Below, one piece after another: positions 49,201 to 61,400 of a DNA stretch of 64,000 nt. The notes beneath the pieces are model-generated. The model saw only the letters and a list, made by a program, of their open reading frames with translations. It was not told the DNA's origin and searched no databases. Location of the stretch: contig NMRA01000009.1 of assembly GCA_002633005.1 (NCBI GenBank), positions 915,169 through 979,168 on the forward strand, read 5' to 3'. The first letter of the stretch is position 1. Every line of letters starts with the position of its first letter. The translations under genes and the position numbers were made by a program. Origin of the DNA: Phoronis australis (Eukaryota > Animalia > Phoronida).

Positions 49201-50835
49201 TGTGGCAGAGGTTGTGGATTGGTAACTGTGGCGTCTTCACCGTGGTTATTGACCTGATTTTTGCACTGCATTACGTTAACAGGAACCAAGATTTAAGAGA
49301 GGTGTGTCTAGAAGTAGATGGTGAGGTGAAGCTAAGATTTGCCCAGGCATACGGCTTCAGAAACATCCAGAATATTGTTCAGAAGGTGAAGAGGGGTAAA
49401 AGTGTCTACCAGTTTGTGGAGCTGATGGCCTGCCCTTCAGGTATGGTGTAGATTGTGCTCAATAGATGTCACCTGTTGTGTTTGATGGCCTGCCCTTCAT
49501 GTACTTGCACTTGTCTCTATCAACATTTCACACATTTACATAACCACATGATTCAAAAAGGCATTCCAAAAGACATCCAAGAGCCATGGAATTTGATCAG
49601 ATACACTGAAAATCACTACATTATCACCATTAATCTTCCATAACAGCACTACACTCCTTAAAATGATATAATTATACACAGTTTCTATTGAAGTAGCAAA
49701 TGTTTGAACTTTCGACTATAAACTTAGTCTCAACTTGACCCTTATTCAAAAGAGGAGACAAGATTTTTGCAATAAACTTTGTTGTTCCACAAGGCTGTGC
49801 TCAGTGCATAACATGACACGCTGCAACAAGCCAAGTCATAGAGCCCAGTCTCTAGCAATAGTTTTCAGTTGTTTCAAAGTCCTGACATCATAACGTAGTT
49901 TGACTGAGGAATAATTTGATACTGGTAAGTGATCTAAATCAATAGTTGTTTTTGTGAAGCAAAGGTGGGTTTATATCTGCTTTAATAGCAAGTTTAATTT
50001 TGCAAAAACTGATTATTTTATGTTCACTGTAAGCTTCGTAGGACCACAGGTGCGAGAACAAAACCATAGATTTTGTGCTTATCCACCCACCAGTAAGATT
50101 TTAGCCAACGGAATACATGACGTTGCCTTCGTGCACTGGGTGTAAGAGTTTTGTAAGCTTCGTTTGGTCTTAAGTTGTCTACACAGAACATGTTAAGGTC
50201 AGAATACATTTACTGGGCACATATTCATGGGTGTAGTGTTGCAGTGTAAACTTGCCAACACCACTTACCCGACTACCTGAACAACATGGCTGCCACTCAT
50301 AACATAGTTCATACTCAGTTCACCTATTGCTTACAAGGTTCCAGACTCACAAAGTATGGTTAACACACTGACCACTCAACACAGTACATGCATATGGAGT
50401 CTGTGTGCCACGTTTGGCATTCAGTGAACCGTATGTGTGAGTGCATGTTTGTAAACTCCGAAGTTTTATCAGGTCATGAACTGTGTTTTTAAGTCGGTGT
50501 TCGTGAATGTAGCAACAATGTTGTTCAGTTCATGAAATAATTCTGTCTTGTCCAATAATATTTACCTCTTAATTCATTCCTCACTGATTTCAGGTTGCTT
50601 AAATGGAGGCGGTCAAATCAGGCCACAGGGAGAGGAAACAACAAAAGAGCTGCTCATGCAACTGGACAATTTATATACCTCATTATCCAATGAAAAGCCC
50701 AGTGAGAACTCTGAAGTAGAAAGACTGTATTCCGATTGGTTAGGTGGTGCTGACAGTGAAAAGGCACAGCAGATGCTTCACACAAAGTATCATGAAGTTG
50801 AAAAGATGAACACGGCATTGAATATCAAATGGTGA
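34214..50835 (+). CDS. CIAO3: Cytosolic iron-sulfur assembly component 3 (NARFL/IOP1/Nar1), ~472 aa; exons 34214-34279, 37140-37229, 39954-40109, 40442-40562, 44820-44954, 46609-46857, 47269-47341, 48303-48431, 49283-49440, 50594-50835
   Basis: [22 protein letters not shown]|ECVKPVK...[28 protein letters not shown]...PMLASACPG|WVCYAEK...[17 protein letters not shown]...GGSGGYLEH...YGFRNIQN...ELMACPSG|CLNGGGQ...LHTKYH...LNIKW*. All Nar1-family Fe-S ligand motifs and the terminal W are present and phases are consistent. Confidence 0.96.
34735..35142. mobile_element. MITE with ~60 bp TIRs in CIAO3 intron 1
   Basis: GTGAACTTAGAATCCTGCGTAATCTCAAGATCGCGTAT (34742) versus ATACGCGATCTTGAGATTAAGCAGGATTCCAAGTTCAC (35097-35134). 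Confidence 0.75.
35945..36467. repeat. Minisatellite, 37 bp x 14
   Basis: AATGTGTATTGAAGTT(G/A)GCTATT(C/T)(A/G)TGGGCTTGGCCC head-to-tail, no unique spacers. Confidence 0.95.
37373..38710 (+). mobile_element. Helentron-associated (HINE/DINE-like) non-autonomous element, copy 1, with ~150 bp internal subunits
   Basis: 5' subTIR GCGCCCACA plus adjacent inverted TGTGGACGC; 3' end GTGGGTGCATTTCAACGCTCCGTG; T-rich flanks; internal degenerate tandem subunits each containing a GCC(C/A/T)CCTAGTGG-like motif. Family assignment is by architecture only. Confidence 0.7.
39768..40024 (+). repeat. 86 bp tandem triplication of the CIAO3 intron 2/exon 3 junction
   Basis: TTGATGTTGTTTAG|GCTGGATCAGAGTACC...GACTGTCTGGCCTGTAGTGG(C/T)TGTATA occurs three times, with exon-like starts at 39782, 39868 and 39954. 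Confidence 0.95.
41659..44581 (+). mobile_element. Academ-type DNA transposon, decayed, in CIAO3 intron 4
   Basis: TAG...CTA termini and TIRs of at least 160 bp (41659-41824 and 44414-44581). Fragmented plus-strand transposase 43050-44000: [12 protein letters not shown]...[14 protein letters not shown]...[22 protein letters not shown]...FYCLMYG...LYKRACKP...LQPVW, which I recognise as Academ-like. Confidence 0.78.
45391..46538 (+). mobile_element. Helentron-associated element, copy 2 (same family as 37373-38710)
   Basis: Starts TTTTTGTGCGCCCACA, ends TGTGGACGCATTTCAACGCTCCGTATTGCTCTTGTT, and has the same internal subunits. Confidence 0.7.
48655..48860. repeat. Degenerate ~50 bp tandem repeat x4, followed by an (AAT/GAT)n microsatellite at ~48972-49085
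   Basis: GTCCCTTTTGACTGCATTCCCTCCCCAGT units. Confidence 0.8.
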
Positions 50836-52417
50836 CACAGTGTACATGTCTGGTTGACTCAAACAAAACGCATATTAAAATGATGTTCGTTAGTTATTGT
50901 AACAATGATACAGCATTTTCATTCAATCATGACGGAAGTTTGTCTTGCTAAAACCTTTTTGAGTATGTGATGTAGTAAATCTTTTCTAAAATCTCGGTCT
51001 CTTTTCATAAACCTCTAAACTAAGGCACTTATAAATAGGCTGCAACACCTGAAGATGGCTGAATTGACGGACCATAACGTCAGTGCCAATGTAAATAGCC
51101 CGTTAATGTACATAGACCAAGAAATTATGCAACAGCAGAATCACTTGAGCACAGCAGATTTAAACAGATTATTTATTTATTTGTTATTGCATATTTCCTA
51201 GAAAAGCAAAACGTCTTTAAACAAAGAAAATTCAAACCCAATTCGCATACTCTGCGTATCACAGCACCCACTGGCTATAACTATGTTCTCGATTATTTCT
51301 GTCACTTTCCCATATTTTCTTACCCCAGTCTTTGCCACCTAGCACTTTAAAACCTAATTTTTAAGATATTTTTAACTTTGGTCAGATTTCTTGAAGAGAA
51401 ATAAATGCTCAAAATCTGTAACATTTGAAAATCTATATGTAGTGTTGAGCTTTAGAAGTACATAGGATACGGAAAAATCCGTAACAGCTGGCAAACCGGC
51501 AAGAGTACACAGAAAAAACATTAAGGCCTACAACGTAGGATAGGCGAGTTGTATATGGTCAAAAAAGAACCACATGATATCTCTAGTCATAATGAGTTTG
51601 TTCTCGTGATATGCTGATGTACTACGAGAAAATTAGTACACTTGTCTAGCATATTACAGTAAAAATCCTGTAAGCCAGATACAAGTGAACTCAGACATTC
51701 TATCTGAGTAAGGTGACCATCAACTTCTCTGAAGAGTAGAGTGTATGAACTAGAACAGCTGTGCCACTGAACCATGTCTGAGTAGAGCAAAAATTAGCCT
51801 AATGCATGTGTGACTAATACAAGTTTTACTATAGTTAGAATCACATGTAGCATCCCAATTCAATGAAATACATCAAAAATGTTTCTGATTAAAGTAGAAC
51901 TTGCATGCTAATTCCTCATCTCTGTGATTTCTCAGCCAAATTAGTTAGAAATACAACATACAGCAATGATGTGAATATGAAGTAGGTTGAAAATTGCTTA
52001 ATGTTTTTAAGAACAAGTTTTGTAGTGAAAATCATCTGCCACATATCACTGAACCGTATCCAGTAAGTATCGTGACGTGATGCTGGGGAATAACTCAGCA
52101 TGGTGCAGGCTATGTGAGCCCGCAAGGTGTCTCATTAGTGCAAAGGTCACCTATTTGCAGATTTTTTTGTTTTCACATTTACAAGTTGTACTGCACTTTG
52201 TTTAGCACAGATTATGTTAAAATAGCATTGTTGTTTAGTTCCTGCTATACACTGGCACAATTAGGAACATGCAAATACATCTTAAATCAAATTTAACCTA
52301 GCTTACACACCAGTTTTGATATGAATAATTAGAAAGCATCCTTAAGAGGCACATACTGCTCAAAGCTGCCACTATTAGTGTGCCAGATCTTGTAATAGAA
52401 GTTGTGACGTCCACAAA

Positions 52418-55400
52418 TCACACACTTATAGTCCTGAATATATTGAAGCCAGTGTGAGCTGTACTGATGATGACCCCAGGTAGCTGACCATGCCAGTGCA
52501 ATTCCTTAATGTCCTTCTGTCCCTGGTGTATAAACAACAGTTGTGGGGATACATCCGGCTCCACCCCACTGGGACCCGCTGCCTCTGAGTCTCGTTCCAC
52601 AGCCAGGTCCCACAAAGTTATCTGATCGTCTGAGCCTGAGGCTGCGTACACTGTGCTGTCTGTGGGATGCCACTCTACAGATGTGATAGGAGCTGTGTGA
52701 TGCTTGAACACTGCCACAGGCTTTCCTTGCTGTAAAGTTAAGGAAGAGATTGACTAGTGTAGCATGTACTAACACAGTGCAACAATACAATGCAATACAC
52801 ACAAGCCACATTACAACAAAGCTGATTAATAAGTAAACGTTGTTTTGCTTATAACGTTTCTTTTTAAAAGTGTCAAGTCAAGCACACTGAATGTAAGCTG
52901 ATTTAGTTACTACAGACTTTGATTATAACTAACATCTTAGAAAGGTCCTGGGTGGGTTCAAGGCAACATGGTTATACTCTACAACGTATTACATTGTCAA
53001 ACAGTTTGTACAACCTCTTCTTTTCCATAAACTGAAATAATACACTGTAGAATGTAAAATTCTTGCCCAGAAGTTGGAGTTTAATTTGCACAGACATTTT
53101 TACAGACAAAGTGCCAGATGTACTTCTAGGGGTGTTTAAGTGTCAAAAATGGACACTAGGTGCTACAAGGGGGCACATTGGCAGTCAAATGGGTCTGAAA
53201 CGCATCATAAAATATCAGCTCCATAGGAATACATCCACAAAATTTCTCAAAGATCCTAAAAGGTTAATGAAACATAACCGTAGACAGGGAAAAATGCCAC
53301 TAGAGGGCACCAAAGCAGTGGAATCCATCCGAATATCAACGTCACTTGTGGCCTTATCATCAGAAACACAACTGCCAATCTTCACAATGATCCTCCAATT
53401 AGTTTGGCAGATAGGGAGGCAGACGCCAAAAATGTACTTAAACTGTTAAAAATCTCCACTAAGGGGCACACAATACCTAAAATCTGTCCAAAAAATGGAA
53501 AGGCATTGGTGTTACCTTAATAAAAACCTAGTACTTGCCAAATTTCACGAAAATCCATCCAAGAACTACGAAGATACAGAGGCAATCCTAAAAAAATAAA
53601 ATTGCCACTAGGGGGCATAGCGGTAGTGGGACCCATAGCCATCACATAGACCGGGCGCAAGAGCTCCTGCTGCTGACAACTTGACGCCATATTGGAGAGT
53701 GCTACTAGTCATGTGACACGGCTAATTGCCCTTTTCAAAGCGCGACATCTAACAAATAAAGAGGCCCAAGAATGATTTTTTCCAGAAACATAAAAAACAT
53801 GTGAAGTAGCACTCACATGCGTTTTTAAGAGTCAATCAGTCGATAGGGAAAATATCAAACTAATGGAAGATCGCAACCAGCGAGTGAGATTCTCGAGTGG
53901 CCCAAGTGGCTGCAAGCTTGTCAATCCACTGCAAGCGTTTTATTTTTTCGTTTTTGCAAGAGAAACCAGTAAGATCGCGCAAATTTAACATTTAATTCGT
54001 GTTGCTCGATGCAAATACATTATATCCAGGAGACTTGCTGCTCACTTGGGACGTACTTTCGTGGTGCCCCAATAGGGGACTTCTCAGTCTGAAAAATGAC
54101 CCCGGGTAACTTTCTAAAATTAAAATATGACCCGGGTCGCTTTTAATGGGGGTCTAAATTTAATGTGAACTACTGTGAAAACTGACCTCATTGGGGTCAT
54201 GTAAATGAATGACACTGAAGTTTTTAAAGTTCATTATGGCATTCTCCCGTTTAGTAACTTCACTAGACATACAGCGGTTGTGAGCGTGTGATAACATCTA
54301 GCTCCTTTGTTAATTGCCAAGCACAGTCTTTTGTCTGGTATAAAACATGTAGTTCAATTATCTACAAGACTTATTACCGATCACCTGTGAACACAGTCTA
54401 ACCCAGTGCATTGCTACGTTTGGACAGAATAGCTAGATTGTCTTATCTTTGATTGTAGTTGGGCGATTTTGATGATTCAAAAACTATAAGCATAATCAGA
54501 GTATTTGATGGAGAATTCAGAAATGTCATTGGTTCATGTTCAAACATTTTATAACTTATCGTATTTTTAACAGCACAGCCCACTTATCGGAGATTAGACC
54601 AATTATTGAACAAAAGAGAGCTGACCCTCTCTCCCCTAATTGTCAGAATGGACTTCTGAATCGTTAGTGCACTAAGATATTGGCTGCAGCGCATGTGCGG
54701 TGCACCATAAGGGTCTGGGGAAACTATAGCCTCCCCCCACTTTTTTCAGTACTCCGCTGTCCATGCACCGTCATCCGCCCAACTTGTTGTGCTATACAAC
54801 CTAGACTCAACGGGACAAGGTTGTAATGTAAAAAGCAAAGAACACAGACTCAGTTCTTTCCTGTGCATTGCTCGGGATTTCCAACATACAAATATTCTTC
54901 TCTCATGCACAGTATTCCTCTCTCACAGATCTGAAGTCCCCCAAACAAGCGCCAGGCACTTGTTGGCGTTTTGTAGTATCATCATACCGTGCAATTATGT
55001 GCTCACAAAGAGATCATCCTCTCTCCCACACATTATTTCTAACCGTTCCTATCCATCCCTGTCCTTAATCAGATATACGTACAGTGCATCCCTCAGCCGA
55101 AAAATTTAAAATAAATTATTTTTTCAAGCACGCTTGGCCTTCTCATGGTATCAAATTTGCCTTTGATAGTAAGAAAACTTGGCTGCGATTGGAAGATTCT
55201 TAACATGTGGCCAAGTATTTTGAATTGGTCTTCATGCAGTTCAGTAGTCAGACATCATATCCTGGCACAAGCAGTGCAAAAATGGTCAGCGTTTCCAATT
55301 TGGGCAACTGAATGAAGGACGACTCTAAGAAAAATAGTGATTGTTTTCGCTTCAGCCCAACTCCCCTACACCATATTCCTTGTCTGCACGCTGTTCAGTA

Positions 55401-58400
55401 CTTTCACTTTCTAATTGCGGCATATATTGAAAACACAAAATTTCCCTTGCCGCGCGCCAACTCAGGTGACCCCCAGACCTAAAATCCGCGTATCGAACAT
55501 TGTTGAAAGATCGCCAATTGCGGGTAACGTGTCTGCATATCCTAACCCCATGTTGCGGGGGAACCGTTGAATAATGACGAGACATGTTTTCACAGACGTG
55601 AGGTAATTTTTTTCATGGACTGAAAATTCTTCACATTAAATTTAGACCTTGTGAAAAAACTAACTGGGGTCATTTTTCACGAGGTCATTATTTAATGCTA
55701 CACTGGCTCGGTTGGGTATTTTTCCACTCTGTTTCGAGTGGGGAATTCTGTATTTTGGCTATACTATAGCTCGGTTGCGCAATTCAGTCGTACAGGTTTG
55801 ATATTTTGGTTACTACGCTCTTTACTTTTTGCGCAAGTTGTGAGTCGCAAAACAAAGAGCTCGTATGCAAGCAGTGCAAATCTACAAAATTTCCAATATC
55901 AACTTCAACATAGGTACAGATTTTGCAGGGATTTGTTTGTTTTGATACAACAGAAAACATCTGATTTTGGAATACATATTAAGAAATGAGTTTTTAAGGC
56001 AGTATATATTTCAATAGAGAATAAATTATTCTTTTAGATGTACTGATTTGGATGGCTGGCGAGAAAGTTTGGGGATGTTATTTTTCAGTACGAGTAAAAA
56101 TACATATGATTGTCGTTAATACCAAATATTTACTTAATTACAAACAGCATCATCATTGGATAACAGCATATGCTGGTCAATAACTATCTTTTTAACTGAT
56201 CATATATGGCCTCAATCACCAGGACTGATTTGGAAACAACGCATAGTCGCTCCGCTTAAACTGTGTTGGCAGAACATAAAAACCTATTGGCTGCACCACT
56301 AAGCTCCATGGCTGAACCAAAAAACCCATGACTCAAGGGCAAGTCCAAAAAAAATTAACCCTTTGGCTGCAGGCATAACACTGCGAGCCCCCGGATTTTC
56401 TGGGCTCCCAGTGTTTTCTGCCATTTTTGTCCTGTGTAACACTGTCCAATATGGCGTCATGTATCAGAGTGGCGCGCGCCCGGTCTATGTATTAAAATGC
56501 CTATGGTCGGACCGGTCTGAAAGTCGTCATCTTCATGTAAGGGTTTAGGAGATACGCCACATAACGGACGGCCAGTCAGAGATAACGGAAATATGCCCCA
56601 CATAAAAATATGTGGGCGCATAATAAACGAATATGATATCATGCAGCTGACACAGTTACCAATAAGATCGGCACACCACCTTACTTACCGTGAAGAGCCT
56701 CAAATCCCACACCTTGATCATGCCATCGTCTCCCCCAGACAATAAGAATGGCTCATTGCGGTTCCAGCTAATCACATTTACATCGCGTTGATGAGCCTCA
56801 TTGGTAGTTAACTTGCAGGCTTTGGCTGGCGACTCCCGGATATCCCATATTCTGATGGATTTGTCAACTGAGCAGGATGCAAACACCTTAATAAATGGAA
56901 TAAGGTTATAAGAAGGCAATGTGATTGTGTGGTAGAGTGTGAGTCTCACCACCCATTTTTTTGCAATGGCATTTCTACACAATATTGAAACTGATTTCAA
57001 ATCATGTAACAGAAACCAAAAACCTAAGAAAATTATGTTTTGCCAGGAGAATTTTTTGGGGAACTTGTGTGAAAAAACATAACACAACTCTATTGCAATG
57101 TTGGGCCACTCCACGCCACACCAACTCACTGTAGCTTCGTTGGGTGACCATTGTATGTCTTCCACAGAAGCTGTGTGCGCACTGAATGGTAACTGATTGA
57201 CATGACAGTCCAAGCTCTCTTGCACATTCCACACATGAATATTCTTGTTGCAGTCTCCACTTGCCAGACGACCTGAAAAGTGGGCAAAATTTCATCAAAT
57301 TGTGAAATAACACGAGTGGTTTAATTTAAGATGATACAGAATAATTATAATCATTACATATCCATACCTTTATCTGTTGACACAGTAGATATGCTCAAAA
57401 ACATCCGAACAATGCAGTTGCAAACAGTCACATTGGATGTTCTGCCAAGACACACTCAAAAGATGGCTCAAACAGAGTCTCACATATTTGTGCTGATTTA
57501 CACTTGCTGAGGAAGTCATAATCAGTTAAAATAAAATATAAAAACAATTGTGAAACACTATCATTTTTATTGTCACTAAATACAGAGTAGAAAATTCTCG
57601 ACACGGTTTTCAAGTACAGCTTAAGATGTTTAAACAAGGATCAGGGGTTAATAAGGATGGCTCAAGATTTCTAACTTTGGCGCATCATCATGTACGAATA
57701 CAGCTGGGTATCTCACAGCCACCTGAATGAACACAATGCCCAGGTAAGCTGGTACTCCACTACACACAAGGATGCCATTTTTCGACAACAAAAAATCCAT
57801 AGTGCTAAAACAATTAGCCCCTTGTCATCCACATGCCAATACAACTGACCACTACCACATAATATGCTACCACGGCTTTGTTCTGCTTATCACTAAGTAC
57901 ATAACATTAACTAAGCCATTCTTAAAATGTTGTTTATTTCCCCTCACACCACCATAGGTCATTCAATAAAATACGTATTTCTTCTCTACTTCATTCTCAG
58001 AGCACACTCATTTTTGTTGCAAAATCATTTGTTTTTTTTTTTCATTGGAAAAAATAATATGTTAGCCAAATTACAAATGAAACTAGAAAAATTATTGTCA
58101 CGGCGTGACAATAACGGACTCTGCGCGTGCGTATTACTGGAATTATTATGGGAAGTTACTGACAGCATCCCGTTCACCAATATGAAAAGGAATTCTTTAA
58201 AATTATAGGAGAAATTACCTATTAATTTTTTGATGACCTTCCCAATAATTGACGTCTTCCGGTGCACTAGGAGCCTCGATGAGGGAGTAATTGTTAACTC
58301 GATTAAAAGTGTGGTTAATGCTAATAACCACAGATGTTTTACTTTAAGCACTTCAGAATACAAGATGAATGAAGTGGTCAAACTTTCAGAAGAAAAATGC

Positions 58401-61400
58401 ACCTAATGACCCCATGGGTGCACCAAATGACCTGAAAATTTAGAATTCATACTCAATCGCACTAAGTAAACAGATACGTAACTCTGAAGTCTCTAGCTCA
58501 AAATTTTAGTTTGCACTCAATGACCTTTGACCTATTTTTTTCTAAATTTGTTAGGCCTATTACGAAGTAAAGTAAGGTATTTAATTGGCATGTTGACTTA
58601 CACCAGCGTGCTGAAATTGAAAAGAATTCCTTGAAAAACGTAAAAGATATAACATTTTGAACGTTACATGACCTTTGCACTAATTGACCTTATCCGGTGC
58701 ATTTTAAGCATCTTTAGCAGAATTATAGCAAAGCCCATGGAAAATGTGTTTAACGCTGAGAATCACAGTTGTCTAACGGTTGACACATCAGAATACTTGC
58801 TGATTGAAAAGGTCAAATTTTCAGAAGAAAAATGCACCTAAATGACCTGAAACTTTGGATTCCGATTTAATTTACCTGTGGCAATCAGACCAGTCAATTT
58901 GAAGTGTCTAGCTCAAAATTTTAGTTTGCATCTAATGACGTTTGACCTATTTCACCTGATTGGTTTACCCGATTACTTAGAAAAGTAATTTTTTAAATTG
59001 TCATGTCGACTTATACTTGTGCACCGAATTTGAAAAAGATAGCTTTAAAAGTGAAGGAGGAGTAGCATTTTGAAAATTACATGACCTTTGCACCAAACGA
59101 CCTCTTCCGGTGCAATATGGAATATGATTATACAACCAATCAAAATTTATATACTGTCAAAAGTCATATGCTGAATTTAAAGACCATACCTGCACCCAAT
59201 TTGGAGTTATTAAGCCTTAAAGTTGGTCGGAAGAAGAATAAGAATAAGAAGAATAAGAATAAAATTGAAGAAAACCCATGAACAACAGTACTCTGTGCTT
59301 ACACACGCAGAGTAATAATTAGAGTCCTACACATACTTTATGGTCAACTGCACAAGTGGAAACAAATTTATATACCATACATAAAACTAACCCCATATAC
59401 CATACATATAACTAACCCACCGTCTGGTAATCATACAAATTCAATATCCACTTAATATATACCATATCTATAACTAACCCGTCTGATACTCATACAAATT
59501 CTGTATTTTCACAACCAACATGATTTCCAAAAGCAGTCATGACAGTTGCTGACAAGTTTGCATTAACTGCTGACCACTTTCGACAATGACTGGGTAGATT
59601 TATTGATTTTCCTGTTTTTTGGAAACCAAGAGGAGCTAAAGAATGACAAAGAGCAGACACCTTTCATGGAGTGTTTTTAGTGTTTACACAACAAATGCCA
59701 TTATGTTGGATGGAAATATACAATTTGGAGACTTCATATTTAATAACACTAAACACAGCAAGAGCACCAACCTGACACAGTAGCACCCACCTGCCACAGT
59801 TGGGGACCAGTCCAAGGCGAATCCTTCCACTTGGTGGCCACTGAATGAGAACACAGGGGGAGGGGACTCTTCTGTGCGCACATATGTTGCCATGATGCTA
59901 GAATCATTGACAGCATTTAGAGGTCGGCTCAAGTCCCATATATTGACCTTTCCCGTCTCTGACCAGCTGGCTGCTATATACTTGTCGCCTACTTTCGTTG
60001 CCTGAAAACAAACATTAAAAGGCTGAGGAATTTCACTATGATTCAGGCCAACACTGATTGACCTATATAAAGCAAAATTTACTGAAAATTACTTTGTTAA
60101 ACATTTTCATCAGATGTCTACAGACCACTTTAACACCACCTACCCTGATCCTATTGACTCCACCATTATGTTTCATCATGGCTGCCTCCAGCTCTGGTTT
60201 ATCATCTTCGTCTTCATCACTCGACTCATCGTCGTCATCTTCCTTCTGTTCCGTGGCATGAAGGTTGGACATCTTCATTACAATAACATGGTTAGCATGA
60301 GACCTCTCTGCCTGCGTGCCCGCCACTACATAGCAGGTCAAGGGAAATTCCTGTCGACAGTCACCCAAAGAATCTCTCAGCACATCAAAACTCAGACATG
60401 GAGCACCTAATGAATGGATGCAAAAGACACGTGTCAAATGATCTCAATACTTCACTATAACTCAGTTCCTTTGCTAAAAGCATGAGTTTTGAGACTTCCA
60501 GTTGAGGTAACAAAATACAGAAAAGTTGAATCAAATACTGGAATTTGCTTACTTGAGTTAGCAATGTTGCATCTGTCTCTCACGGACTTCAGCTTTGCTA
60601 GTGATGTTATTATTGTTCTGGCTAATAGGTGGCGTTTTAACTAGACGACGCGGCATTGCGGTCAGTACACTATCTGATAAGTGTGACAGATGGAACCTTA
60701 ATCCAATTCATTAATTCAAAGAGGGACTCTTGATGTGTTCAAGCAAGCTCTCGATGAACACCTGAATCAGGTGAAAATGCCATTATGAAAAAATACGCGT
60801 TGAGTAATGGCATATTCTGCACTTAAATTTTGAAAATTGCACTGTCTTGTAAAAAGCAGCAACAAAAAAAGAAAAAAAAAGCATCAGACAATGAACGGCA
60901 TCTGTACAGGTGATGTCAATTTCCTACACATATTTTACTTTTTCTATTCGTATTTTCGAGTGTGTACTCACTTATGTCAAGCCCTGTCTGTACACTTTCT
61001 CATACAGATGCATGGGACCAAGTAGATGCATACAGCTGTACACTTTCTCATACAGATGCATGGGCCCAAGTAGATGCATACAGCCGTACACGCGAAAAAT
61101 AAGTGAAGAAACACTAAGAACCTAAAGGGCCATGAATTGTGAAAGGAAAACAAAGAATAATCTAAGGTTATGCAAGACTTATCGAAAAGTCAGCATATTT
61201 AGTCAAACATCTACAAAAGCGTTGATTTTAACTCAGTAAAAGTGTGTATTTGGTGCAAGTAGTAAACCTGTAAAAGTTGATTTTTGAATTTATACCAATC
61301 TGCCGTTAATTTAATCACATTTCTATGTGTTTTTAGAAAAATCTAGGAATTCATAGTACAACAAAGATATCAATACCACATTCATATTTCATGTATATAA

